From the NCBI GenBank assembly GCA_964188305.1, contig OZ076897.1: a stretch of 64,000 bases of DNA; one strand, 5' to 3'. Each line of letters starts with the position of its first letter. Positions within the stretch are counted from its first letter, which is position 1. The translations under genes and the position numbers were made by a program. A model generated the notes under the pieces. The model was not told the DNA's origin. It searched no databases and saw only the letters and a program-made list of their open reading frames with translations. Positions 1 to 13,514 of the stretch are shown one piece after another. This DNA is from Podarcis bocagei. Its lineage: Eukaryota.

Positions 1-559
1 TTAACATGTTTTGTGTAGCCTCTGGCAACGACAGTGCCAAGGCTGCATTTGCACAGAACCAGATAGTTCCCATCCTCAACAATTATCTGCCCACAGAGCA
101 AGCCTTAGAACTGAGCCAATAACCAAGTGATACATTAGCACTATTTTGGTAGATTTGCTGATCTTCAAACCTTGAAAGCCAACTTTCATTTTGAATCAAG
201 ACCAGTATTTTCAGATGACCTTTAATATATTCTTATTCTTCATATTCAAAGTGATAAACCAAGAACAGGATTAGGTGTGAGACAGTACAGTTAAAAGGGC
301 AAGCGCTCTAGTCAGTGTCAATTCTTAAACTGTTGATCTGCAAAATACCAGATCCTACAGATTTAAAATGCAAACAATGAGAAGTCAAGAAATATGCCTT
401 CATCCCATTATTATATAAAACAGTATTGTATCACAAGTAATTTGTTACAAAAAAAACCACACACCACGATCTTGCCAGTTTTCAGTGATTGGTATAAGAC
501 ATTCCTAAACTAAAGGTATTACACACTGACATATAGCTTAATATTGAACTTATGTGGTA

Positions 560-790
560 CAGTGGTACCTTGATTTACAACCATAATCCGTTCCGGAGGT
601 CCGTTTGTAAACCAAAACAGGTTGTAACCCAAAGCACGTTTTCGCCAATGGGGCCTCCCAAAATTTTTTGTTCGTAATCCAAAAAAAAAAGGAATAATAA
701 AAAAAAAGTTGCAAACACACTTCCGGGTTTGACATGTTTGTAATCCAAAACGTATGCAAACCAAGATGTATGCAAACCAAGGTACCACTG
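560..790. mobile_element. Non-autonomous TcMar/pogo(Tigger)-like MITE, subfamily A
   Basis: Terminal inverted repeats CAGTGGTACCTTG...CAAGGTACCACTG flanked by TA on both sides. Confidence 0.9.
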
Positions 791-1372
791 TATTAACTTT
801 CTATTGTCATTTGCGACTTGGAAGACACCTTGAAAGTCCAGCTGGACTGTACAAGAAAGAACATAAAAGAATGAGGTCCAACCATCTCTAGATCAATGGT
901 TTATTTGCAGAAATCTAAACTAATTACCTCCAGAAACTTAAGAGACCACGCATTGTTGTAAAAAACATGCATTCTTTAATAAATAAGACCTTTGAAGGAG
1001 TGCCAGAATTTTGTATGCTGTGCACTCTATCACGGATACCCTGACAGTTTCACAATGAAGATGAAGTTTGTTTGCCACCAATATTAGCCAGACAAATTTA
1101 TTTATAACAAATGCTTCGAGGATGTCCTGATAAAAAACTGCCCCATTGATACTGTCAGAGCTTCTTGCAATTTGACAGATCAAATCTTATTTTAATTCTT
1201 AAAACCCCGCGAATGAGCGATATCACCAGTAAGCATTCTGTAGTGAGCAAATTGATTAATCCCCTTCTATAGAAATCTCAACTCTTGATTACACCTATCA
1301 GGCGTTAAGCAGCATTATTCCAGAGTGACAACACTTGACAAATTCCCCAACCATCTCTCTCAGCCTTTGTGG

Positions 1373-1544
1373 NNNNNNNNNNNNNNNNNNNNNNNNNNNN
1401 NNNNNNNNNNNNNNNNNNNNNNNNNNNNNNNNNNNNNNNNNNNNNNNNNNNNNNNNNNNNNNNNNNNNNNNNNNNNNNNNNNNNNNNNNNNNNNNNNNNN
1501 NNNNNNNNNNNNNNNNNNNNNNNNNNNNNNNNNNNNNNNNNNNN
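1373..1544. other. Assembly gap (172 N)
   Basis: Run of N bases. Confidence 1.
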
Positions 1545-2337
1545 CAGACATTTGATACTCCGTACTGAGAGGACAGATAACATTGTAAGGATACACAGAA
1601 GGACAGTAGTGGAGTGTCCCAGGGCAGCCTCTTATGAATTCTCCTTTCGATAAGGCCATACTTCACTGTCATTGGCACTGTTACCGATCTTGCAGCCCAT
1701 AGACCTCACTGCACAGGTTTCTATTAACCACGACAATGCTGTGTTTATCCATGTAATCTTTTCTAAAGCTAATTCAAAAATCACCCAACAGCGAGGGGGA
1801 TGTGTTTGCCGGATAAAGCATTTAAAGGAAATAAACTTGGGTCGATTTGTGAAGTGTCACATTGCAGGGACACAGGCAGCAAAAAACTGCTCTGCAGACG
1901 TATTTTGTGAAGATGAGCGGACAGGAAACCTTGCACCACAGGACCCTCAAACGCCCGCGTTGAGAGAAAAACTCCTTTTTCAACAAGAGCCTGTTTATAA
2001 ACATTTAAAAACGTCCATTTTTCAGCCTTTGCGCTCTCTCTCTCTCTCTCTCTCTCTTACCGAGGGGTAAAATACTCTAAAACCAACTTGTTGAGCAAGT
2101 TCATTAGCAACTATATTTACCAACTGGCAGCTCTATAATGGCAACACTGGCATGAGATGGGGCAGTATGCTCAAGTGGACTTGTCTTTAGACATTCAGTT
2201 AAATGGGGTACAGAAGATGGAATTAAAAACCAAATGGAAGTTCTGGGTAGAAGTGAAGTTGTACGTCTGCCCTCAATAACTTTGCATATAGCACTGAATC
2301 TTGGTCTCCAAGACTGCTTAATTTGCAAAAGGAACTA

Positions 2338-2582
2338 AAGTGGATGCTTGGGTTGCAAACGTGATCTGTGCAGGAAGCAGGTTCACAACCCGCAGCGCCG
2401 CATCTGTGCATACGTGGGTTGTGATTCGGTGCTTCTGTGCATGCGCAATGCATGTTTTAGCATTTTTGCACATGCGCAAGCGCTGAAACCCGGAAGTAAC
2501 CGGTTCCGGTACTTCCGGGTTCGGTGCGGTGCTCAACCCGAAAATGCACAACCTGAAGCGTCTGTAACCCAGGGTATGACTG
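2338..2582. mobile_element. TcMar-like MITE, subfamily B (GGTATGACTG terminus)
   Basis: Degenerate left end (aagtggatgct), right end GGTATGACTG-TA. Internal sequence is homologous to 36149-36402. Confidence 0.8.
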
Positions 2583-2584
2583 TA

Positions 2585-2810
2585 CAGTGGTACCTTGGGT
2601 TAAGTACTTACTTCGTTCCAGAGGTCCGTTCTTAACCTGAAACTGTTCTTAACCTGAAGCACCACTTTAACTAATGGGGCCTCCTGCTGCCGCCGTGCCA
2701 CCGGAGCACGATTTCTGTTCTCATCCTGAAGCAAAGTTCTTAACCCGAGATACTATTTTTGGCTTAGCGGAGTCTTTAACCTGAAGCATATGTAACCCGA
2801 GGTACCACTG
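2585..2810. mobile_element. TcMar-like MITE, subfamily C
   Basis: TA-CAGTGGTACCT...AGGTACCACTG-TA. Highly similar to 62772-63013. Confidence 0.9.
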
Positions 2811-2919
2811 TAATCATACAGTGAATGAAACTCTGTCCAATTGTGTCCTTCCACTGACAGGAAGTGCTTTTGTCCAGTGAAGGTTTCCATCTGAAGAACA
2901 GAGAGGTAAACCATTTCCT

Positions 2920-3120
2920 TTGGTTTTTTTAAAAAAAGATATTTATTAAGTTTTCACAAATTATAAAATCAAACACAATACAAACAAACACACACAAAGA
3001 CAAATATAATTTCAAATCCTTATTCTCTTAAAACTTACTTCGCCGACTCCTCATACCTCCCCTTTCTGCATTCCAATTTAATATTTAGTTCAGCAAATCC
3101 TCACCCTTAATTTAATCTAA
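2920..3120 (-). mobile_element. Probable LINE (L1-like) 3' tail fragment
   Basis: T-run followed by atatttattaag (a poly-A tail and AATAAA on the minus strand), then an A/C-rich 3'UTR-like stretch. Recognised by pattern only. Confidence 0.4.
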
Positions 3121-5807
3121 TTGTAATCCTTTCTTTTCCTTTACCTAAACCATTTCCTTTGATTCCCCCTCTCCCATGCCACTGTCCATACTGTTTCAAA
3201 GCTCCCCCATCCCCCACAAAAGCCTCTGGAGCAATTTTTTTAGTGGGGGGCATCAGCAAGTATAATCTCCCTTCCCATTCTGTTGACAGAAGCCTCCACT
3301 GTATCCTTGTGTCTTCAATCAGCAGAGGGACACCACCGCAAAGAACACTAAAAATTAAAAAGTTTAGAGACCAAAGTCTTAGAAACAGACAGCACATACT
3401 TATTCTTACTGCCCGGGGCCGGGGGAGGGATTGCAACCTTTTTGTAAACCACTTGGGGGGGGGGGTTGCAATCAGCGTATGAATATTATAAAATAAATAA
3501 TAAACAAACCAAGTTTATATGGGGACATGGTCATGGTATCCAATTCCTAAGAGGTCTAAATGCAGAGGGAAGACAGGAGCTGTGGCTCCATTCCAGTTTT
3601 TTTCTTCTGCCTGCAGCTCTCTGCGCCTCTCTTCTCTCTCCTGCAGCTTTCTTCTTCTTCTGTCTGCTTGCCTTGGTTGCTTCCCTGCTTGTTTATCTCC
3701 TCTGCTGCAACCATCGCCGGGAAGGCCACCACCACCATAGCCAAGCACTTATGACTGAACTCACACAAGTAAAATGCATGTGTGCTGTGGTTGTACTGTG
3801 TACATATGGTGGGTAACAACATTCCATTATTTGAATTATATTGACTTTCTGGTTTATTTATTATGGCAATGCGCCTGGAACACCTATGGGGAATGCACTA
3901 GCAAGACTCATGTATTCCATACATTACCTGGGCTCACATACACTCACAATTCTTATTTCCTACAGGATGGCAGAAGCAGGAGAAGATAGAAGCAGGAAAA
4001 GATAAGAGTGACTTCTTTTTCTTTTCTATTTTCTGGTAATGTTCACAATAGCATTCAATTTAAGCGTACTACTGGAAATTAATGTTTTGTTGTTGATGTA
4101 CTTGTGTGCTGTGAGCAACACTGTGCACACAAAGCCCAATGCTGCTCAGGGCATTTACATGAATGCACAAAGGTGCTATACAGACTGTTCTACACATGTT
4201 CCTGGTATTTCCAGCACAATCACCCAGATTTTTCCTTTCTGAAGAGAATTCATGTTATTTGAAAAACATGCCCTTCAAAGGTTACAGATATACACAGATG
4301 AGCTGTGAAAACCACAAAGATGGTCCTTGCTACAATATGTTATCTTGCCTTAGGAGGACTTTAAACGTTTAGCAACACAAAACACAATAATTTATAAAAC
4401 GCAAACATGCATGCGTTAGTGACAAGTGAAATGTTAAGTTAAGATTGACCAAATTCACTGGTTTCTAACTAGTAACATAATGGGCAGAATAACGATGACC
4501 CAAACCCCTACAATACCTTGATTGCACAAAAAATGGGTGATAAGGTTTGCCTCGTATTTTGCTTGCAATATTTGTCATGCACCCCCAAGAATCTGCATAT
4601 AAAGGAATAGGGAGAGCTAATGAAGTGATGATTTCTTAATACATAACTCAGTATCTTATTTTTATAACTGAAACAATTAACTCATAATTCGATGAACACT
4701 GAGAACTATCACTGAGAAATAGTCATACCTTCAGAGTCTCAACAACTGTTTACATTTGCCTTGGGAAACAGATTATATATGGTTGTATGGTAGAAATAAT
4801 AAAACTCCAACTGGAACGGTGGTGATGGTGGTGGGGATACGCACACTACTGACTTCTGTGATGGCAAAATGAAATGGCTAAGCGTCTGTAGTTCAGAAGT
4901 TATGATGACATACACTTCCTCTTAACTAAAAAAGTTGGCAAATTATACTATGCAGGAAGCAAAAAAAGTACAATTCTAGAATCTGTTTCTAACCAACTTT
5001 GCTGAGATGTAAATGTTTAGCAAAGGAAGTCAGCAGTTATATTTGAACACATTTGAACACAAGTCAGCAGTTATATTTGAACACATAATTTAAAGCCGAG
5101 GTTGGGTACGGGGTTTGTTTCCTCCAAAAAAACAAACAAACATGACAAATCAGTTGTGACTTAAATGCTTGGCATGCAATCACAAATGCATTTCTAAAAA
5201 GGATACCAAAAATGTAGCCAGCCTTTCCCATTCCTGCTCTGCCATCTTTCCCAACCTCTTCTAGTATCCTCTGTGATAGAACAGTTTCTTGTATCTTCAT
5301 ACCAGGCAAGTCTCCTAAGTATTCTGAGGTGTTTTCCAGCTGGGACCAGGATAGACTCAGCTTTCCTTTCCTGCGATGATGGAACGGCTGCTATGCCTTG
5401 GAGTTGCATGAAATTTCTAGGCAGGAGCTCTCCTCGCCTGGCTACTGAGGTAACTACTCATAGCAAGAAAGACAATTGGGCAGAGACCCTACTGTGTTAT
5501 GCAGCATGATGGTTAATTCAGCCCAAACAAAAGATGCCAGCAATCTACAGCCCTCTAGCCCACAAGGCATTTCCCAACACTGAAGTGCTCACCCACTTGA
5601 GATTTTATTTTATTCCACACACACACACACACACAATATATAATTACAGTTTATGGAGTTGAAAATACCTGGGGAGGTGGGGGGGGGGAGAGGAAATTGA
5701 GATGATGCATGGTTTCAGTATTGTCCTTTTCAATGGCCTATCCTAATAATGGGCCACTGTACTTTAAAGAAGCCATCTCTCTACTTGTTTCAAGTGTAGC
5801 ATTACTA

Positions 5808-6035
5808 CAGTGGTACCTAGGTTTGCATATGTTTTGGATTACAAACACATCAAACCCGGAAGTGCGTGTCCCGGTGTGCAACTTTTTTTTGGATTACAAC
5901 CCTTGCGGGGGGGGGGATTCCGAACAAAAGTTTTTTGGAGGCCCCATTGGCGAAAGTGCGCCTTGGGTTACAACCTGTTTTGGTTTACAAACAGACCTCC
6001 AGAACATATTATGGTTGTAAACCAAGGTACCACTG
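5808..6035. mobile_element. TcMar-like MITE, subfamily A, inverted relative to 560-790
   Basis: TA-CAGTGGTACCT...AGGTACCACTG-TA. Internal sequence is the reverse complement of 560-790. Confidence 0.9.
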
Positions 6036-9000
6036 TACTTTCTCTAAGAAGTTGGTCCATTTTATGGAACAAAATTCGTTCTCCTTGCAATTGCTATTAA
6101 TTGATCTATATAGTAGTACTATCAGTGTGCCATAACACTTTACAGACTGCAAAAGGTCAATTCACTGCCCTGAGGAGGCTACCTTCTAAAATTTGAGTCG
6201 GGAAACAGAGTGAGGGCAGGGAGGGGAGGAAGGGTAATTAGGGAAGCAATGAACACTTTTAGCTACAGGTGGAGTTACAGCAAGGCATGGGAATCAAGGG
6301 GCTGTGCCAAATGATTTACAGGGCAGGTGGATTTTGAAGAGGGGTTTGGGCACAGGAAACTCCAGGTGTTCTGGGAGATACTAACAATACCAAGCATGCA
6401 GGGCAGCAAGGGACAAAAGGAAAGTCTTTTGAGGGAACAGACTTTTGGATGGCACAGCTGGAGGACCAAAGTTCTGGCAGGAATGTATGTGTGGAGAGGT
6501 ATGAGTGGGAAGACCATGGAAGCCCTCTGAAGTAAACAGAACAGGGCTTGGGTAGGATTGTGCTATCTATACTTACAGTAGTAGGAGATGAAAAATACCT
6601 TGAAGTTCTTAAGTAGCACAGTTTCAATTAATGGAAGCAAGGCAGGTCCTGAGTACGATTGCAAAATACCGAGTCTGAATGAAATCACAGCTAAGCTGTA
6701 GTCCTGCCCTCACTAACAGAAATGTGAGTTGTCTCCAATATTGTTGTGGGTTTCCATATAATAGAACCGATGTTATGATCTATGAGATCACAATAAAAGG
6801 GCTATAAAAGTACACATTATTTAAACATTTTTATTGCATGAGATGAGCAATACAGATGCAAAAAACCAAAAGTATACAATAATTAAACTTTTTTGAACAG
6901 TTCTCATTTTTAGAGAGCAATGCTTGCTTCCCAACTGAAGCAAAATTTTCTCTCCCTCCCCCCCCATTCCCCCACCTCTTCCACTCTTTTCACTCCTGAT
7001 ATAAATGCCATAGCTCATGTAGAGTGGAATGAACAGTTGTGCTGTTTCAGCCTTTGGAGACACTATGACTACCAACAGTTGCAACAATTACATAAAAAAA
7101 GCAGAGTTTCCATATACGAAAGACCCACTAGTGCAGTTCTCCACAGAGACTAAGGTGTGTTTCTTGGTCCAGTATAAGACTCAGCATTTTCAGACGACAG
7201 AGGACTAGACATATCACTCTGAGCAAGGGAGGTCAGTCTTTGGCTAAGGAGAAATCACCCAACAACAACATAAGATGGTTGAACAGCAGTTAATGTTAAG
7301 CATTCTGTAATTCCACAGTAGTCAATGGGTATCATCCAACATGTACACATGAAATTTCATCACCAAAAAGGAATATAGGGACAATAACCACAAACCTGCT
7401 TCATAAGACCGTCATCACTACTCCGCCATACTAGTTTCTACTGTCACAATTAGTGCAATAACCTCAAATCTTAGTGCTTGCTATTCCACAGGCTAATGGA
7501 TTTATTTATAGTGAAAGAAATACCAGAAGAACCGCCCATAAGTCAGCCATCACTAGCCCACGATGCAGTTATATTTGATCTCAGGAACAAATACTAGCGT
7601 TAACATTTAATATATTTTTATGTTTCTATGTGTTACAATTGTACTGGGGAGATCAATGTAAAAATATGCCTTTCAAACCCCTTAACTGCCATCACGTCTA
7701 GGCACTGTGATGATAGAAGCTTCCTCTTCTATACATGATCCTTTAAGTTTAAGAAGCAGAGGAAGAAATAATTATTAATAGCGTCAGTCCACCTAATTCA
7801 AGGAATGGGCAAGTAACTTCATAATGGCTGGAGTAATTCCCTGGGATCAGCTCTCACCCCCAAACGTCAAAGCTTCTTGCCAGTTAGTGTATTTCTCTCT
7901 TGCAGTGACCTATTTCTACAAGATCCCCCATTTGCCCATGTGGGGTTCAATTCTGTAGCACAAGCGTGTCACAAGTGCTTCCTTTTGCATGTGTTGTGTT
8001 TTAGTATCACTGGGGGGGAAAATGTTAAGCGGGTACTAGATTTACCATTTTCATGATTTATGAGGATGCATTTATGGGGATGCAGGGGCGAAGCCAGACA
8101 GAGAATAAAGGTCATCTGCATGTACAGGGATGCTGAGAGAATAAAATTGGGGATTGTAGGAAAAAGACCAGGCACCCAGAGTCCCTTGGAAGAAAGGTAT
8201 AATAAAAATTGCTAATATATAATTGTGTTGTGCTGTCACTTGTGTGCAAATCATGTGAACCCCTTTTCTGTCAAGTGCTGCTCCAAAGGAAGATGCCTGG
8301 AGTACACATTACAACTACTCTAAGTTTAAACGAAAGGCCAGTATGGCTGAAAGGGAAAAATACAGAGTCTAAGGACAGAATAACAGCACAACGAAAGCAG
8401 AAGGAAGGGGGCAAGCCTAAGGGTGTTTAGTCAAAGAGGGTCTGGAACGTAGGGGGCTGAGAGACAGAGGCAAAGGTTTGACAAGACTAGGCTCCGTTAA
8501 ATACAACGGGGCTCAAATGAATAGTATTTAACTTCTTTCATGGGTTTCAGTGGGACTTGGGCCCAATCCAGAAAGACAGTAGAATGAGATGGAAAAAGTG
8601 GCTGACAAGAATTCAGACTGCAGGTGGGGGATATCTATTGTTGAATGTTCCCTCCTATTGAAACCCAAATATAAATATAAATAATATAAATAATATATAA
8701 ATAATATATAAATGCACATCTGGGAGAAAGTTTCTAGCACCGCCCACATTGTGTTAGTTTTTTACTTGCATGGTGATTTATGTATGGGTGCACTCATGAT
8801 TCTACACTTGCAGTCTGAAGTGGTTCTGTACATTCTACTAAATTAAGCCTCTTCCACCTTAATTCCATTGCATGTGCTGATCTGGCTTCAGTTACAACTA
8901 AATTTATTTAGAAGGGGGACAGAGTAGTTGGTAGAAAAATAGGCAGGCATTGTAACAGGCTGAGTTAAGCAGGAAAAGAGCTGGGGAACAACCCAGGGAT

Positions 9001-10070
9001 GTGTGGTTGTTTCTTGTTTGAAGGCAGCAGTGTGTGCATTGTATATTTCACCTATTTTAATACCCACCTAAACATTCAGCTGCAAAATCATTTAGTACAA
9101 TGGGGGGGATGCAACAGCACAACCCAGCTCTGAAAAAATATCTACTGCAGACCAAGTACAGAATGCAATTAAAACTATGACGCAAACCAAACACTGGTAA
9201 CTCCCGAGTGATGAGGCTGGGCATTTACCCTAGCCCTGAATACTTGCAAAGGGCTCACCATTCCAAAGATACTGCCACTATCACTTTGCACCCAAGAGGT
9301 TCAGAGGTCATGAGGGAATTCCTGGGTTGCATACTCTACATCTGCTGGATTAGGGGGGGGGGTTCCCTACTGAGAAGACCTTACCAGAGAGACCCCAAAA
9401 TAATACAGCTAGCACTGAAGACCAAAAGCAGTCATTAGCAGACAATGCAACAAGCTTGAAAAGGAAGCAGCAAAAGCAGCAAGTCATAGCAGCCATTCAG
9501 CCAAATAGTAGCCCAGTTCTGAATGGCCATTATCTAAAATCTTCCTCCTTGGCAAAGACTTCCAACTAAAAACCTGTTGCCAGCCCAAAAGGCAAATGAC
9601 ATGATATGAACACTCCTCTGAAGAATGAGTCACAGCAACTGAAGAGCATAGTTTCTTATTTATCAAATGAACAAGTTAGTAGTATGAATGCAAATTTAAC
9701 ACAATTTCTAAAATTCTCTTAAATTTATGGTTACTCTGGAAACTTCAATGTAAGCCAGACAAAGAGGATGAGACACACAAAGATATTTCTGCGAGAGCTT
9801 TTACTACAACACTGATATATGCACCCAAGAAGCAGAGGCAAAGCAGAAGCATTGTTCTGAGCAACCAACAGTGAGTTAGGAGGTTGACCTCCTAGCGTAA
9901 ACTTATCCCAGTGTTATCCCACCATATTCCTAGCGTTAGCAAATCTTGTGTGTCAAAAGTAAATCTGAAAGTGCCCATGTTGTGTCACTGATATCATGAT
10001 GTATTAAAAAAAATTCCACTGTGAATGACAGCATGAGTTTGCTAAGATTAATTATGCTTTTAAATGGTGT

Positions 10071-10319
10071 AGTGTGGTGTAGTGGTTAAGAGCGGTAGTC
10101 ACGTAATCTGGGGAACCGGGTTCGCGTCTCCGCTCCTCCACATGCAGCTGCTGGGTGACCTTGGGCCAGTCACACTTCTTTGAAGTCTCTCAGCCCCACT
10201 CACCTCACAGAGTGTTTGTTGTGGGGGAGGAAGGGAAAGGAGATTGTTAGCCGCTTTGAGACTCCTGAAGGGGAGTGAAAGGCGGGATATCAAATCCAAA
10301 CTCTTCTTCTTCTTCTTCT
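10071..10319 (+). mobile_element. Young tRNA-derived CORE-type SINE (Squam3-like)
   Basis: A box TGGTGTAGTGG, B-box-like GGTTCGCGTC, MIR-like core GCTGGGTGACCTTGGGCCAGTCAC, and a (CTT)n tail. Confidence 0.88.
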
Positions 10320-10855
10320 ATTTGTGCTCTGCTAAGTCAATATATTATGTATGTTTTATGTATACTGACAGCTATGTCCAACCCTATACAAAAAAAAACC
10401 TACTCAAGGTGGCTTACAACAATTTAGAATTCTTATTATTTTATATGGTAGCTTATGTGAGTATTCATTACCTAGACAAAACAAAGTAGTTCGTTAATGA
10501 TCATACAAGTTTTCATCAAGTTTGTATAAATCTGAAAATGCACAGAACCAACAATTCTGAGGGAGAGAACATGATGCTTTCAGAAACAAACTATCCAAAA
10601 GTAAGGTTTACTGATTTCAGTGGAGCTCACTCCGCAGCAAATCTGCAGAACTGGAGCACTACAACCTGTCTAGACTTGCCCAGTGTCTTGGTGGTGGGGT
10701 AGAATAATCCTTTTTCCTTGCCACACCAATGCCCTCCAGAGACAAAGGTGCTGGCACTCCAAGGATCTGCAAGTCTCCATCAACATCTCTCCATCTGATG
10801 TCCACAAGGACACAGAATAGAGAAGAGGGAAGCAAAATGGCAGGCACCAGTTTAG

Positions 10856-10857
<2 letters not shown>

Positions 10858-10911
<54 letters not shown>
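10858..10911. repeat. (GA)n microsatellite
   Basis: About 27 GA units. Confidence 0.97.
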
Positions 10912-10914
<3 letters not shown>

Positions 10915-13332
10915 GCTCTCTCTTCTAAAATGGCACCTAATTAATCAGGGGCACTTTTTTAATGGTCTGGAAGGTTAATAGATGAACCTATTTGATCAAA
11001 CACTGCAGCCCTCTTTTTTTAAAAAAACTTCTAATACACAGTGTAAAATGTAAATGTAAGTATAGATTTTGTGCTCAACTTCCATGGTACAGTCTTCTTT
11101 GGGCCAAAAATGCAGTAAGGAAAGAGGTTCTTCATTTCAATATTTCTGCTTGAAATGTTCAAAGCAACCTACAGATCAATGAGGAAGTGATCAGAATTCT
11201 TGCCATGTGTGCTATTTGCATAATAGTTCTTTTCTCAAGGCAGAAAACTGACTTTTGACTTGCAGGGAACAAGTATCCCTAACCACAGTGTAAAGGCAGC
11301 TTGAAATAAGAAAATTCCTAAATAGAGAACAGGGAACAGCAAACACAGGTGGGATTGCGTACACTTGTGTTTTGCCTCATTCTCATTTGCTACAACAGGG
11401 GTAGGGAACTGGAATTACGTAGCAGGCCAGATCCTTATCTCCCCTACCCTGCACAGGCCAAATTTGACAGGTGAGTGGGAACACCACCTGTTAATCACCT
11501 AATGTCACAATGGTGACAGGTGATGGAGTGCTTTGTACCACTGATCAGCTGATCATTGGCAATTCAGAGTGCTGAGCAGGACTCTTTGCAAGCCCATTCA
11601 AGGATTGGCTAGCTAGTTACCCAGTGGGAACCCCAACTGGCTTGCTCTAACTGCCAATCAGTAGCATCTTCACCCGTCCCTCACCTGACATCACATATGA
11701 TGTCAAGTGTGCGACTGGGGCAAGTGGTTTGGAGAAAACGGCCTTATGAGCCAAACTGGGATCTGTTCCCAGCTTAATTAAACCCATAACTCAGGGATCC
11801 CCACTCCTGTGCTACACAATAGGAAGCTTTGGTGAGCTGAATGGTCATTTCCCATGAATATCTGGGCACCCCAACTGTCCCACCTGACAGTTTATATGTT
11901 GCATGCCAATCTACCACCTTATACATAGGTTTTCTGTGTGAAAAATAGGGTAGCTGATATAAATGATATGTTTCATGAACAAATGGGAGAAGGGTAGTGC
12001 TTTCATAATACACTTCTAAAGATAGCTGAAGAATTATGACTTTTCTTCAAACTTCTGAAAACAATGGATTGAAGATCACAACGTCCAGCAAATGCTGTGC
12101 TGAAAGCACCAACAGCAATATTCTTGTCAATGAGTTTGAACAAAAGCAAAAATGGAAACACGTCTTCAACAGGCTGGTAGTTCTCAACACTTTCAGAAAG
12201 AGCTGCAATACCAGAAGATCAATATACTGTTCAGCCAGAACATGATATAGCTGACCTAGATGAGTTCAGATTTTGATGGAACACTTACATTCAAAACCTT
12301 GACCCAAAGGAAGAATACATAGATGCCTCAAAGGAGAATTACCAAAACATGCTCTAGGCAGGACTCAGAACTAGACATTCAGCAGGATTTGGGATGTCTA
12401 CCTTACAGAGGGCTCTGACAGACTTAATCTTTGTGTAAGCTTAGACTAGCAAAATTGTCCAGACTGTCTCCCTTGCTGCCAATAACTCCCCTTTTCTCTG
12501 TGCAGCATGTGGAACAAAGTAACATGGTTGTAACTTTCTGACAAACTATTGAAAATTTAATCAAGCATCTTGATCTGAGTTTTCATGCTTAGTAGCAATT
12601 TTCTGTATAAAGGAATGTAGCTATACATCTGCCTGCACTGGAAAATTGGCTCACCCCTATTTAGAAGTTTAGAGGAAGATACAGCAAGTCCCTTAGGAAC
12701 TCTGCAGCGTGAAATATGTCTGTGTATTGCAACAAGAGGAAATATATCACCCAAATATACCAAGCCTGATAAATTAGTCCTGGCAATATCCTGCATTCAC
12801 CTGCTTTTTACTCACAGGAGTAGCTAGTGGAGAATAAGCAAAGCACTCCATTCTTCCTTTCCCAGCCTCTCTTGTGACTAAAAAACAGACTAGCAAAACA
12901 CTGTACTAACTAGAAATGAGCACTCTCTTCCCACTCCAACAACTCACTTGTTTCTATGCTGAGTGCTCCGTGAAGTCATGGTAAATGGTCAGATCACTCT
13001 GCCCCTTTTTCCAACAGTCTATGGTGTTTTATGCTAGTTGTGAGGGAGACAAAGCCTGTCCTGCATGTCAAGGTTCCACCATCAACCTGCTGTGTTTCTG
13101 TGCTGGACGACTAAGTGCTGATACTCCTTTCTGTGGATCCAACAGGTTGTCATGCCAATTGTTCTAGATCTACCCCCAGCCTCCCGTGTGCCCATGCAAG
13201 AAATGTAGGAGTTTCGCCTGCTGAGTAACTAAGCACAGCAGTTGAAACCTCCAGCCCATGAGCCTAATTAGGCCCACCTCTGAACTTGGCCCAGGAAGTC
13301 ATTTTGGGCAAACCATGCCCTGGGCATTCCCA

Positions 13333-13514
13333 ATCTCTTATTTCTGATTTTAGTGTTATAGTCCCACAGTATTTAAGATCAGAGATAAGTGTGGCACTGT
13401 GTTACTTAACATTAAGATTGAAGATAAGCATCTGCTTCTAACTTTTACCCTCAAAGGCCATGCAGAGGCCTATCTCCAATCTTAGAACTGTGGGACAGCG
13501 CTAAGATAAGAGAT
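13333..13514. repeat. Imperfect fold-back (palindromic) element, probably an old MITE
   Basis: ATCTCTTAT pairs with ATAAGAGAT, and GTCCCACAGT (13361) pairs with ACTGTGGGAC (13487). Confidence 0.65.

Noticed and set aside
5027-5085. 25-bp direct repeat (also a 14-bp tandem near 61256-61285)
   Set aside because: Simple local slippage duplications with only two units. Not CRISPR-like or otherwise structured.
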